Shown here: positions 20,006-30,032 of the stretch, one piece after another
Layout: each line of letters opens with the position of its first letter
Position numbering within the stretch: position 1 is the first letter of the stretch
NCBI GenBank assembly: GCA_964583985.1
Contig: CAZOYD010000008.1
Span: 1-64,000, forward strand
DNA from: an uncultured archaeon
Lineage (GTDB): Archaea > Asgardarchaeota > Lokiarchaeia > Sigyniarchaeales > SOKP01
Direction of reading: 5' to 3'
Length of the DNA: 64,000 nt
Program-made: the position numbers and the translations under genes
Notes under the pieces: generated by a model
The model's database searches: none
What the model saw: the letters and a program-made list of their open reading frames with translations, nothing else
Told to the model about the DNA's origin: nothing

Positions 20006-21331
20006 TTAAGCTCTTGGATTTTCAATTAATATAGCCACACCTTGCCCACCACCACAACAGGCGTTAGCAATTCCATATTTAGCTTTCTTATCATTTAAAA
20101 TACGTGCTAAAGTACCTGTTAAGCGAACCATGGTAGATCCCAATGGGTGTCCAATTGCTGTGGCTCCACCCATAACATTGACTTTTTCTTCCGGAATATT
20201 GAAATGTTTCATGCAGTTTAAAGTGACAACGCAGAATGCTTCATTTATTTCCCAATAGGAGATTTGATCTGCAGTCAATCCCGCATGCTTTAGAGCCATT
20301 TCTGTCGCAGGGACAGGCCCTCGTCCCATAACGGAAGGATCTACACCGGCAATACCTATGGAAATTATTTTTGCCATTGGATTTAAACCCCTTTTTTCAG
20401 CTTCCTTACCTTCCATCAATAACATTGCAGTTGCACCAGCATTTAATGGTGATGAATTTCCAGCGGTGATTACTCCTTCTGCTGTTTTTTCTGCATATCC
20501 TGGTTTTCCACTTTCTCGCTCCCGATAACCATCTCTTCCGCCGATGTCTTTCCCATTAATATTTTCCTTTAAATAGTATGGTTTTGATAATCTTCTTAGA
20601 TTGGATACTTGTTCTAAAGTTGATTTTCTTGGAGCTTGATCCTTATCAATTAGAATCCTTTCTTCGACATTTCCTTCTACATGACCTTCAATCGGAATGA
20701 TTTCTCCTTTGAACCATCCAGCTTCAGTATTATCAACTGCTAAATTATGACTACGAACCCCAAATTTATCTAAATCTTCCTTAGTGAAAAAGGGAGTTTC
20801 TTGTTCATAAAGTTTTTGAGCCGTTTGTAACATGTTAATGGTAGTCATGAGATCATATTGAGGCCGATATAATTCATCCTTTTTGTTGATCATGCCAAGA
20901 TAAGGTTTTGTCCAATCATTTTGCATTGGAATTCGTGTCATGTGTTCTACACCAGTAGCCAATCCACATTTTGTATAACCTGTCATGATCTCCAAGGCAA
21001 GAAATTGGGCACCTGCACCAGCTGAACCGCATTGTCTATCGATGAAAAAAGCGGGAGTTTTAACTGGAAAATCAGCCATAAAAAGAGGAAGTCGTCCACC
21101 GTACGTCCATTGTTCATAAACGCCCATCGCACTCCCAACGGAATAATCATCTACATCATCCTTTGTTATTCCTTTGTCAGCTAACTTCTCATCAAAAAAT
21201 TTCATGATAAGTCTTGCTAAGAGTTCATCTCCACGTTGGTCACCGAATACGTCTCGTTCAGGTTCTTTAGGACGGCTTCGGCTAAAAGCTGTACGAGCGT
21301 AATCGATTAACCATACTTCATTCAATTCCAT
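20006..21331 (-). CDS. Acetyl-CoA C-acyltransferase (thiolase)
   Basis: DRQCGS, GVEHM, TAGNSSPLNAGA, EINEAF, GHPLG, CCGGGQG. Confidence 0.95.
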   Translation of the reverse strand: MELNEVWLIDYARTAFSRSRPKEPERDVFGDQRGDELLARLIMKFFDEKLADKGITKDDVDDYSVGSAMGVYEQWTYGGRLPLFMADFPVKTPAFFIDRQCGSAGAGAQFLALEIMTGYTKCGLATGVEHMTRIPMQNDWTKPYLGMINKKDELYRPQYDLMTTINMLQTAQKLYEQETPFFTKEDLDKFGVRSHNLAVDNTEAGWFKGEIIPIEGHVEGNVEERILIDKDQAPRKSTLEQVSNLRRLSKPYYLKENINGKDIGGRDGYRERESGKPGYAEKTAEGVITAGNSSPLNAGATAMLLMEGKEAEKRGLNPMAKIISIGIAGVDPSVMGRGPVPATEMALKHAGLTADQISYWEINEAFCVVTLNCMKHFNIPEEKVNVMGGATAIGHPLGSTMVRLTGTLARILNDKKAKYGIANACCGGGQGVAILIENPRA

Positions 21332-21538
21332 TGTGATTTTACCTCTAAATTTTTTTTTCTTTTATGTTTTTTTAAAATGTATTGCATATAATGAATTATG
21401 GAAGTTTGAAATGTAATTAAATATTTTGATAATTTGATGTTCGAAAAGTTAAATAAATTTGTGATTATTTTCCTTTTTAATTAATTTATAATAATCATCA
21501 CTAGAATTATTTTTATTTTTGGAAAATTTAAAATACCT

Positions 21539-21937
21539 ATGTTTGAAGCTTTAGTTTCAATTATCGCTGGTAGTACTTCAGATAAAGAAGTCTATGAAAA
21601 AGTGGAAAATGTATTAAAAGAACATGATATCAAATATGACCTTCAAATTATATCGGCACACCGTGATCCTGATAAGTTGGATGAGTATCTGAAAACGTCT
21701 AATTCTAAGATCTATATTGCAGTTGCGGGGCTATCTGCTGCATTACCTGGAGTCATTGCTTCTAAGACTGATAAGCCTGTCATTGGGGTACCAGTAAGCA
21801 CAAAATTGGGTGGTTTAGATGCGTTATTATCAATCGTACAAATGCCTCCTAAGGTTCCAGTGGCTTGTGTGGGAATTGATCGGGGAGAGAATGCGGCTTA
21901 TTTAGCCATTAGAATTCTTAATTTGTTGAAAAAATAA
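21539..21937 (+). CDS. purE: AIR carboxylase / N5-CAIR mutase PurE
   Basis: [44 protein letters not shown]. Confidence 0.95.
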   Translation: MFEALVSIIAGSTSDKEVYEKVENVLKEHDIKYDLQIISAHRDPDKLDEYLKTSNSKIYIAVAGLSAALPGVIASKTDKPVIGVPVSTKLGGLDALLSIVQMPPKVPVACVGIDRGENAAYLAIRILNLLKK

Positions 21938-21941
21938 AATC

Positions 21942-22655
21942 GTGGTGAAATTCGTGAGTGAAGAACTGATTGAATTAGGCAAAAAAAACGCTGCTGTTAA
22001 AGCAGTTAAGGAAAACGTCAAAAAAGGAATGATTTTGGGAATCGGAAGTGGCTCCACAGTTGTATATGCCGTTGAAGAAATAGCAAGAATGAATAAAATA
22101 GAGGATTTGAATTTGAAATGCATCCCAACTTCTTTTCAAGCACATCAATTAATTGTTGATAATGGTCTCACTCACTTATCTTTAGACCAATGCCCTGAAA
22201 TTGACTTGGATATTGATGGTGCTGATGAAATTGATAAACATCTAAATTTAATTAAAGGAGGGGGAGGATGTTTGGTTAGGGAGAAAATTGTTGCTTCTTC
22301 TTCAAAAAAATTAGTAATTATCGCAGATTATCGCAAAAAGTCAGAAAAATTAGGAGAAAATTGGAAAAAGGGAGTACCGGTCGAAGTAATTCCTTTTGGA
22401 TATGCCCCAATTTTAAAAAAATTAGAAAAATTGGGAGGTACCCCTAAGTTAAGGATGGCTCAAGCAAAAGCAGGACCTTTAATTACCGATAATGGGAATT
22501 TTATCATAGATGTTGATTTTGGTATCATGGATTCTCCCTCCGATATTGATTTTAAGATTTCTCAAATTCCTGGGGTCGTGGACACTGGATTTTTCATAGG
22601 AATGACCTCAAGAGCCTATATAGGACAAAAAGATGGAAAAGTTATCGTTTTATAA
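21942..22655 (+). CDS. rpiA: Ribose-5-phosphate isomerase A
   Basis: GIGSGST, DGADE, IKGGGG, REKIVA, PVEV, TDNGN. Confidence 0.96.
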   Translation: MVKFVSEELIELGKKNAAVKAVKENVKKGMILGIGSGSTVVYAVEEIARMNKIEDLNLKCIPTSFQAHQLIVDNGLTHLSLDQCPEIDLDIDGADEIDKHLNLIKGGGGCLVREKIVASSSKKLVIIADYRKKSEKLGENWKKGVPVEVIPFGYAPILKKLEKLGGTPKLRMAQAKAGPLITDNGNFIIDVDFGIMDSPSDIDFKISQIPGVVDTGFFIGMTSRAYIGQKDGKVIVL

Positions 22656-22661
22656 TTAAAA

Positions 22662-23288
22662 ATGATGAAAAAGATCGCTGTTGCTGTTCATGCAAATCAG
22701 GAATTTGATCTTGAACCTCTTGAGGGATTAATAGGGCTTGATTACATCCATGTCGATGTTTCAGATGGTAAGTTCACGCCTGTAAGGAATCTTGATTTGG
22801 ACGTATTTCGAATTCTAAAAGAGAGATATGAGATTCCTATTATCGTTCACATGATGGTCGTGAATCCTGCAAATTATCTTGATGAGATTATCGAATATAT
22901 TGATATCTTTACATTTCATTATGAAATAAAAGAAGATAAATTTAAACTCATTAACGAGATAAAGAATAAAAATAAATTAGTAGGAATTGCTATCAATCCA
23001 GATACTAGTATTTCAAAAATTATTCCCTACCTGCATTTGACAGATTTAGTTTTGGTAATGTCGGTATATCCCGGGAAATCAGGACAGAAATTCATTTCTA
23101 ATTCGATCTATAAAGTAAATGAATTAGCACTTCAAAAAAAGAAATACAATTTTTTGATAGATATAGATGGGGGAATTAATACAGAGAACGCTAAGGGATT
23201 AAATGTTGACATTTTAAGTAGCACGAGTACCATATTGAATGCTAAAGATCCTAACTTAGTAATAAAATTGCTAAAACATTCAAATTAA
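22662..23288 (+). CDS. rpe: Ribulose-phosphate 3-epimerase
   Basis: [39 protein letters not shown]. Confidence 0.9.
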   Translation: MMKKIAVAVHANQEFDLEPLEGLIGLDYIHVDVSDGKFTPVRNLDLDVFRILKERYEIPIIVHMMVVNPANYLDEIIEYIDIFTFHYEIKEDKFKLINEIKNKNKLVGIAINPDTSISKIIPYLHLTDLVLVMSVYPGKSGQKFISNSIYKVNELALQKKKYNFLIDIDGGINTENAKGLNVDILSSTSTILNAKDPNLVIKLLKHSN

Positions 23289-23319
23289 ATTAAAAAAAAA
23301 AAGGGAAATAAATTTATTG

Positions 23320-26300
23320 TTATATATTTAATGATTTTCCACAGTTTGAACAAAACTTCTTCTGAGACGCTAAAGGATAACCACAATAGGGACAGTATTC
23401 GAATTTAGATTTCTGTTCTTCCGATTGAGTGTTATGAGATGTCTCATCATAAGGAGAAGCATAAGTACCCCAAGGTTGAAGTTGAGATTTAGGTCTTCTT
23501 GATCTTCTGATAACTAGAAATAACAATAAGGCGACGCCAATCGCTACAATTATGCCTATAATTATTATCCACGTCCAATCTATAACGGATCCCGCTTCGA
23601 TTGATAAAATCATGATAAAGTATTCTGAAGCGCCATCACTATCAAATACTGTAAGATATAAAATAGCTAGATATCCTTCATCAGTGGCAAAGTTGTAATT
23701 GGTTTCCGTTGAGATAGATTTCGTGCCCGTTATTGAGGAATATTGAACTTTAAAAGGAATAATAAATGAACCTATTTGAGAATCAGAAGTTGCTTGGTAG
23801 TTCAATTCAGAAACGGGGAATGTTTGAGGAAAAATAATTGAAATATATCCATCCTCCGTGGTAGATACGATGAAGAGGTTGACTGACACTCGCATTTCAG
23901 CGCTATTACTATCTTCGTAAGGCACGCTATCTAAAACGCTCACGTTGAAATCGAATCGACTTCCTTGAGATGCGGTTACTACATAAGAATATTCTTCATC
24001 ATGAGTATCTTCAAATAAAACGGGTTGAGAGTTATCAATACTAAACTTGGATTTTGTCTCATCAAATTCAGGAGGGTTATTGATAATAGAAGAAAGGATT
24101 CGTGGTGAATTTGGATTAAGATAATTGGAAACTGGATCGGAAGGGATAATGTATACAATAAAATCTCCAGATGGATCCCCAGAAACAGGTGTATGAGTGG
24201 TATTATAGTACGGTGTGCTATAAATCATTGTAGAAGTATAATTTTGGGTTTGTTTTGTATTATAATAAGAGTATACATAGGTTGCCATGTAAGCAATGAC
24301 ATCATAATTGCTATTGTCTAATTGAGCACCAATTTTTAATGGCGAGGACCCCGATCTTTGTGCGTGACCACTCACGGTAAAGGAACTTATGAGAGGAATC
24401 GCTGACGAATTATAGTACAAAAGCTTTATAGATTTGTTATATGTCATGGCTTCGATGGTAATATTCACGTTGATTTCATAGGGTATATAAGACGTGCTGG
24501 GTAAATCAAAGGTATCATTAAAGGCAATTCCATCGCTAACAGAAGTAGCCAATATTTCTTGATAATAACCAACATTCCGAATGGACACGTTTAAGTGTAA
24601 ATTTAGATCATTAGAGGAAATTGGTACATTCTTCACCTTGTCTCGCACGGAAATCGTTAAATTAAGTCGGGAATTAGAAGTTCTTTCAGATTTTAATGCA
24701 AGGTTTATTGACACGTTATCTCTCAAGAAATAATCCATCAAGTTAGACAATAGACGCGAGTGATCGGGATTGGAATCAAAATCATCAGTTAACCAATGTA
24801 GATCTCCAAATGCCACGAAGCGACCTTTTCCCAATGAACTACCATCAGAAACGCTTACGACATCCTTTCCATCAATGAAAGCTAAAGCTTCTGCAGGTGC
24901 TGTCGTTGAAAATGTGTTCCCGTACCCCCATTCAAAACTAGTGACTCCATTAAATATTTTATGAGGGATGATATCATCCACGGTAATTGGATCATACGAG
25001 GCGCCCAAGCCAACCCATATCTCGTCGATAATCGTTTCCTCATTCACTGATATATCCACTCCTAATATTGAGAACAGGGCATTTATATTATCAATACATA
25101 ACTCATTGTGAAGAGTACCAAGAAATAAGATATTTCCCCCATTATCATAATAGTTTTTCAGATTTTCCATTTCCATGGAACTATAAGGCAAGATAGGAGC
25201 TTGTAGCACTATTAAATCATATTGTGAAACTCGTTCTTCAGTAAGTATCGAATTATCCGCATTTATATCGTAATATGGGGTCCAATATTGTGCTCCATAA
25301 TCAATTGAGATGTTTAAACTCGTGATTTCTTTCATTGCTTCATAAAAGTCCATCTGATAATAAGATAATGCAGGGAACCAATCATTTAAGCCGTGAAATG
25401 ATTCCATCAAGATCTTATAATCGGGTAATCGCACATCAACCGTGATTTCGACGGAGTCAAAGAGAGTTAAACCATCAGTTATATTTAACTGGAATGTTCT
25501 GATGCCAATGGAGGCGCTCTGTTCAATTGTAATGCCTAATGAAATGATCGTTTCACCAGCGCTCGAAAAATTAGCCTGCGATTTGTCAAGTGATAAAATC
25601 AACCCATCAACTTCAGTCGGGATATTAATTTCAAGATCTTGACCTTTCCCAGAATAGAGTGTAATGTTGAAAACTTGAGAATCTCCCGGAAAATTTAAAA
25701 GATCGTATGGTTTTATTGGCAATTCATCCGGAAAGAGATTAACCACATTATTCACATCTGAAAAAGTTTCATTGACATTGTGCAAGTATTCCAATGACGC
25801 GGATACATTAATGATTCCCGCTCCATATTTTAAATAATCATGTTCTTCATTAGGAACTTTTCGTGCTCCTTCTAATAATGCGATTCGAGCGGTTTCGGGG
25901 CTTATAGAGGGATAAGCTTGTTTCAAGATCGCAATTGCCCCCGATACAATTGGGCATGCCATGCTCGTTCCACTCAAAGGAATGTAATCGGCATCTCCAG
26001 CAAAATCAAAAAAATCACCAATGTATCGCATTTCTTTTGAAATTACAGAATTCGGTGCCTCTGTCGAAATTACATCGACTCCAGGAGCCACCACATCGGG
26101 ATATCCCAAGTAAGACATCGTAGGTCCCCAACTACTAAATGAAGCTAAGGTATCTGAAGAATCTGTGGCGCCTACGGAAATGATCTCAACTCCTGATGCA
26201 GGACTACCACCAGTGAAATATCCAGGACCATCATTACCTGCTGCCGCGACTAATATCACGCTATGATTTACTATACCAGACATTTCGAGCGTCATGGGAT

Positions 26301-27264
26301 CATTTGCGTCGGGAAGACCTCCACCAAAGCTCATGGAAATGATATCTGCTCCAGCTCCTCCATCTTCAGTAGAATTAACGCACCACTCAATTGCATTAAT
26401 GATATCACCTTCTTCCAATCCCGAAAAATTTCCTGCACGAGCGTTAATTAATGAAACTCCGGGCGCTACTCCGTGATATTGCCCACCTGAAGTATCTCCA
26501 TCGCTTCCAATTAACCCTGCCACATGCGTTCCGTGACCATAATCATCTGTGGCATTTAAAGGACTTTCCCCGGAAACAAAATTTTTACTCATTACGATAT
26601 TAAGATCGGGATGGTCATAAATTCCCGTATCAATAACCGCCACTCGAACACCCGTTCCATTATATGCGAGACTTTCAGCTCCAATCGCAGGAATCCACCA
26701 ATTTGGATAACTGCTCTTACTTAACGAGCTTGTTTCAGGAAGATCCGAATTCATGTATGGATAATCATATAGTTGAGATTTGTAGATCTTCTTGATATCA
26801 TCAATATTTGATAACATGGTTTCTTTCGCAGCGAGTTCCTCTAATGATATTGATAAATACGTTCCCGAAATGATGTCATAATTACCGAGAATTTCAAATT
26901 CTTCAAACACTGAATTAATAATGTCTAATCTATTATCTTTCTCCACATTCTCTTTGAAAAGCATGATAATTTTGACTTTCTGAGATTTGGAATTCGAACC
27001 ATTTGATAATAACTGGGTTAAATCCGTATCAAAAATTGAATTTTTAGCATTAATTTTCAAATCGGGATTCGAAGAATCTCTGGAAGAATATATAGAAGCC
27101 AACAATGATTGTAATTCTGGATTGGTAATGATCTTTTCGTGATTGTTTTTATAAGTTGCATTACTACCTCCAGATGCCATGATTGGAATAAGAAGCATGC
27201 AAGCCATGATATAACATAGAATTAAACCTTCTTTTTTTATTCTAAAATTGTGCATGAGTATCAA
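23320..27264 (-). CDS. Membrane-anchored S8 subtilase with GATase-like accessory domain, C-terminal TM and cytoplasmic zinc ribbon
   Basis: Signal peptide and I9-like prodomain. Triad VIDTG / HGTHVAG / SGTSMA, oxyanion AAGN. TM WIIIIGIIVAIGVALLLFLVI followed by RRSRR. CPYCG...CSNCG tail. Confidence 0.93.
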   Translation of the reverse strand: MILMHNFRIKKEGLILCYIMACMLLIPIMASGGSNATYKNNHEKIITNPELQSLLASIYSSRDSSNPDLKINAKNSIFDTDLTQLLSNGSNSKSQKVKIIMLFKENVEKDNRLDIINSVFEEFEILGNYDIISGTYLSISLEELAAKETMLSNIDDIKKIYKSQLYDYPYMNSDLPETSSLSKSSYPNWWIPAIGAESLAYNGTGVRVAVIDTGIYDHPDLNIVMSKNFVSGESPLNATDDYGHGTHVAGLIGSDGDTSGGQYHGVAPGVSLINARAGNFSGLEEGDIINAIEWCVNSTEDGGAGADIISMSFGGGLPDANDPMTLEMSGIVNHSVILVAAAGNDGPGYFTGGSPASGVEIISVGATDSSDTLASFSSWGPTMSYLGYPDVVAPGVDVISTEAPNSVISKEMRYIGDFFDFAGDADYIPLSGTSMACPIVSGAIAILKQAYPSISPETARIALLEGARKVPNEEHDYLKYGAGIINVSASLEYLHNVNETFSDVNNVVNLFPDELPIKPYDLLNFPGDSQVFNITLYSGKGQDLEINIPTEVDGLILSLDKSQANFSSAGETIISLGITIEQSASIGIRTFQLNITDGLTLFDSVEITVDVRLPDYKILMESFHGLNDWFPALSYYQMDFYEAMKEITSLNISIDYGAQYWTPYYDINADNSILTEERVSQYDLIVLQAPILPYSSMEMENLKNYYDNGGNILFLGTLHNELCIDNINALFSILGVDISVNEETIIDEIWVGLGASYDPITVDDIIPHKIFNGVTSFEWGYGNTFSTTAPAEALAFIDGKDVVSVSDGSSLGKGRFVAFGDLHWLTDDFDSNPDHSRLLSNLMDYFLRDNVSINLALKSERTSNSRLNLTISVRDKVKNVPISSNDLNLHLNVSIRNVGYYQEILATSVSDGIAFNDTFDLPSTSYIPYEINVNITIEAMTYNKSIKLLYYNSSAIPLISSFTVSGHAQRSGSSPLKIGAQLDNSNYDVIAYMATYVYSYYNTKQTQNYTSTMIYSTPYYNTTHTPVSGDPSGDFIVYIIPSDPVSNYLNPNSPRILSSIINNPPEFDETKSKFSIDNSQPVLFEDTHDEEYSYVVTASQGSRFDFNVSVLDSVPYEDSNSAEMRVSVNLFIVSTTEDGYISIIFPQTFPVSELNYQATSDSQIGSFIIPFKVQYSSITGTKSISTETNYNFATDEGYLAILYLTVFDSDGASEYFIMILSIEAGSVIDWTWIIIIGIIVAIGVALLLFLVIRRSRRPKSQLQPWGTYASPYDETSHNTQSEEQKSKFEYCPYCGYPLASQKKFCSNCGKSLNI

Positions 27265-27370
27265 ATAACAACATAATTATTTATTTATTATTCTAATAAT
27301 GGAAAAACCATAATTTTTTTTAAAAATTGTTTATTATATTTTAGTACTGTCAACATATCACTAAAAAAAT

Positions 27371-27473
27371 GGGCCTGTGGATTAGTCGCAGATAATGAAA
27401 AAAAAATTCTCTTTTTTTCTGCATCGCTTCCTTGGCATGGAAGAGGCCGGGGGTTCAATTCCCCCCAGGTCCA
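27371..27473 (+). tRNA. tRNA-Ala(GGC) with 31-nt intron in the D arm (27394-27424)
   Basis: Acceptor GGGCCTG/CAGGTCC-A with G3:U70. Anticodon arm CTTCC-TTGGCAT-GGAAG, T arm GGGGG-TTCAATT-CCCCC. Removing the insert gives a 72-nt cloverleaf. Confidence 0.88.
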
Positions 27474-27695
27474 CTACTTTATATTTTATCGCTTCATGTT
27501 ATTGAGTATAATCTAGAAGAGAATGAACTAATGTTTTCAATTACAAATCTCAATGAGATAGAAGGGATACTTATTTTATTAAAAAGATAAGTTAGGGAGA
27601 GTTAAGAAGGATAATTTATGAATTTTTTTTGTAAGTGATATAGATTTATATACGTTCTTGTCTAAGAATAAAATAAAAACAAAAAGGTATAAAAT

Positions 27696-28889
27696 GTGTC
27701 ATTAAAAAATAATTATGACGTTGTAATATCAGGTGCAGGTCCATCTGGTTCACAATGTGCTGAAGTATTAGCAAGAGCGGGCTTTAGCGTAGCACTTATA
27801 GAACGAGACAAGAATTGGCGAAAACCTTGTGGAGGGGTGGTCTCATCAAAAGTGATTGCTCTTTATCCTCAATTAAAGAAATTAAACATCCCTAAGATCA
27901 AGGGCTATGTTATATATTCTGCATCTGGTTCTGAACTTAAATTTACCAGAGATAATCCGGAAGATTCGACGGTAATGGACAGATTAGAGTTAGATTCAAT
28001 CATGAGAGACAGTGCAGTAGATGCAGGAGCGGATTTATATAATAAATACTTTTCCTATGACTTCCTATATCATGATTATAAAAAAGTTGGGATTAAAACG
28101 AAATCTTCTGCAGGTATACAAGATTTTCGAGCAAAAATTATAGTCATTGCTGATGGAATGAGCTCTAAATTAGCTCCAAAATCGGGACTTCGGCCAAAAT
28201 GGAGCATTGATGAGTTAGTAATCGCAAAATGTTCGATAATGGAGGGAAATCATAATCTTAATGAAAATCGAATCTACATTTACTTCAAGCCATATTCGGG
28301 ATATGGCTGGATCTTTCCATTAGGGGGGAATAGATTTAATATTGGTGCTGGAGGTTTTGCTACCGAAATGGCAGAGTTGAATCTTAATCAAGTGTATAAA
28401 GAATTTATTCAGGATCCACATCTTAAATCCATACTTCCTGCTAACTCGTACCAAACGATTTGGACGGGAGCATACCCTGAACCAAAAATGGGAGTATTAG
28501 AAAAAAGTCTTTGTAGTGAAAATGTCATGTTAGTTGGTGATAATGCTGGGTTTGTAAATCCTATCAATGGTGAGGGGATCTTTGCTGGAGTAATGTCAGG
28601 AAAAGCAGCAGCTGAAACTGCCGTTGTTTCACTTGAAGATGAATCTTCACTTGAAATTTCAATCAGAAAATACAAAAAACATCCTGAAATTAAACAAATC
28701 ACAAGAAGTTTCAAATTAAAAGGTTCATTGATCGGCACTTTTTTTGGAAATAAAGGGATGACTCTTAATAAAATGTTTAAATTAAGTGAAGAAGATGAAG
28801 AATTTAAGGGACAACTTATTAACTTATTTCTCGGTAAAGCTGGTAATCTCCCCTCAGCAGAGTTCTTAAAGGGACTATCAAACAAATAG
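27696..28889 (+). CDS. Geranylgeranyl reductase family FAD oxidoreductase
   Basis: GAGPSG, KPCGG, DRLELD, IADG, GYGWIFP, VGDNAGFVNPINGEGI. Confidence 0.92.
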   Translation: MSLKNNYDVVISGAGPSGSQCAEVLARAGFSVALIERDKNWRKPCGGVVSSKVIALYPQLKKLNIPKIKGYVIYSASGSELKFTRDNPEDSTVMDRLELDSIMRDSAVDAGADLYNKYFSYDFLYHDYKKVGIKTKSSAGIQDFRAKIIVIADGMSSKLAPKSGLRPKWSIDELVIAKCSIMEGNHNLNENRIYIYFKPYSGYGWIFPLGGNRFNIGAGGFATEMAELNLNQVYKEFIQDPHLKSILPANSYQTIWTGAYPEPKMGVLEKSLCSENVMLVGDNAGFVNPINGEGIFAGVMSGKAAAETAVVSLEDESSLEISIRKYKKHPEIKQITRSFKLKGSLIGTFFGNKGMTLNKMFKLSEEDEEFKGQLINLFLGKAGNLPSAEFLKGLSNK

Positions 28890-28949
28890 TAAATAGATTC
28901 TTTCCAAAAGTCTAAATTCTGAGCTATTAAAGGAAAAAAAATAATGAGA

Positions 28950-29122
28950 TGGAGGGGGAGGGATTCGAACCCTCGAAAGCCTCTACTACTGGATTTCTTA
29001 TTTTCTTTGCTAAGAAAATCTTAAGTCCAGCCCCTATGATCGGTCTTGACCCATTTTCAAGCGAATCCTAAGGCCTACGATACCTGGTATCTGAATAATT
29101 GACCAGACTCGGGTACCCCTCC
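28950..29122 (-). tRNA. tRNA-Leu(TAA) with two introns (63 nt at 21/22, 29036-29098; 25 nt at 37/38, 28995-29019)
   Basis: Spliced 85-nt product is GGAGGGGTACCCGAGTCTGGTCAA|AGGGGCTGGACTTAAG|ATCCAGTAGTAGAGGCTTTCGAGGGTTCGAATCCCTCCCCCTCCA, with a long variable arm. Perfect BHB at the anticodon intron. Confidence 0.92.
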
Positions 29123-29269
29123 ACGTTAGGGGTGAAGATTTTTTTTATAAGAAATTAAAATTTTAATGAAATATAAAAGTTCTCCTCTGAATTACCATTC
29201 ATCCCTAATCCTCCTTCTAATCTTCTATTAATCAGTAATTTTTCATTCATTCTGATTTCTCAAATCTCA

Positions 29270-29520
29270 AAACAAAAGTATAATAAACTTTGTAATGATT
29301 TAGAGAGTTTTATGAACCAATTAAGAATTTTTTCCTTAAATGAAATAGCAGCGAACTTTGCAGCAAAATTGCATTTAGAATTAAAAGCAGAAGGTCAGGA
29401 AATCGACGTTTTTGACTGATTAATAGAAGCAATTATCATTTCACACGAGTATAAAAAAATCATCACTGATAATAAGATCATTTTGAAAGAATCAAACAAC
29501 TTGAAGATCATTCATTTTAA
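29270..29520 (+). pseudogene. VapC/PIN toxin remnant
   Basis: ...MNQLRIFSLNEIAANFAAKLHLELKAEGQEIDVFD*LIEAIIISHEYKKIITDN, then a frameshift into DHFERIKQL. TGA at 29417. N-terminus missing, so the 5' boundary is approximate. Confidence 0.8.
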
Positions 29521-29736
29521 CTATTTAATACGGAAAGATCTTTTCGGTGAATCATTCTTTTCTCACTTTAAAGAGACTTAAATGAATTTCCATTCCTTTT
29601 CAGGAGGGGGCACCACGGGAAGGGACTAGTAACTTAAACAAAAAACAAGGATCTAAAATACTTTAAAATAACCTATTTAGAGATTTAAGATTAAATTTAA
29701 ATACAATTGTATACAAATTTACATAGGTAAACTAGC

Positions 29737-30021
29737 ATGTCAATTGTTAAAATATCAAATAAAAAGAGTTTAGAATCACTCCAAGCAAAATTAACACTTA
29801 GATTAGGGCGAAAACCCACGCAACAAGAAACTCTTGATTATTGTCTTATTTTGGCGAATCAAAAATTCGAAGAGATCATTCAAATAGCAATGCACCTTCC
29901 AATGTTAAATCCCAAGAGAGCTCAAAAAATTATCGAAGCCAGAAATGAGTTAAATGATATTCCATATGATACGGAAGTTCATTTTGATTCTGAAGATGAT
30001 CAAGAGATATACAATTTGTGA
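29737..30021 (+). CDS. Putative antitoxin (VapB-like)
   Basis: Small ORF with basic N-terminus and acidic C-terminus, immediately upstream of a PIN gene. Confidence 0.7.
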   Translation: MSIVKISNKKSLESLQAKLTLRLGRKPTQQETLDYCLILANQKFEEIIQIAMHLPMLNPKRAQKIIEARNELNDIPYDTEVHFDSEDDQEIYNL

Positions 30022-30032
30022 GATGTTTTTAT

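Noticed and set aside
27371-29122. Integrated element between the two convergent tRNAs
   Set aside because: Only a GGR gene lies between them, with no integrase and no att duplication.
29417-29419. In-frame TGA as possible selenocysteine codon
   Set aside because: The same PIN remnant also has a frameshift and no N-terminus, and PIN nucleases are not known selenoproteins. Decay is the simpler explanation.
29585-29630. GC-rich patch (CCATTCCTTTTCAGGAGGGGGCACCA) resembling an IS200/IS605 end hairpin or a tRNA 3' end
   Set aside because: The hairpin is imperfect, no tnpA/tnpB remnant is recognisable, there is no T arm, and it does not match the adjacent tRNA-Leu end.
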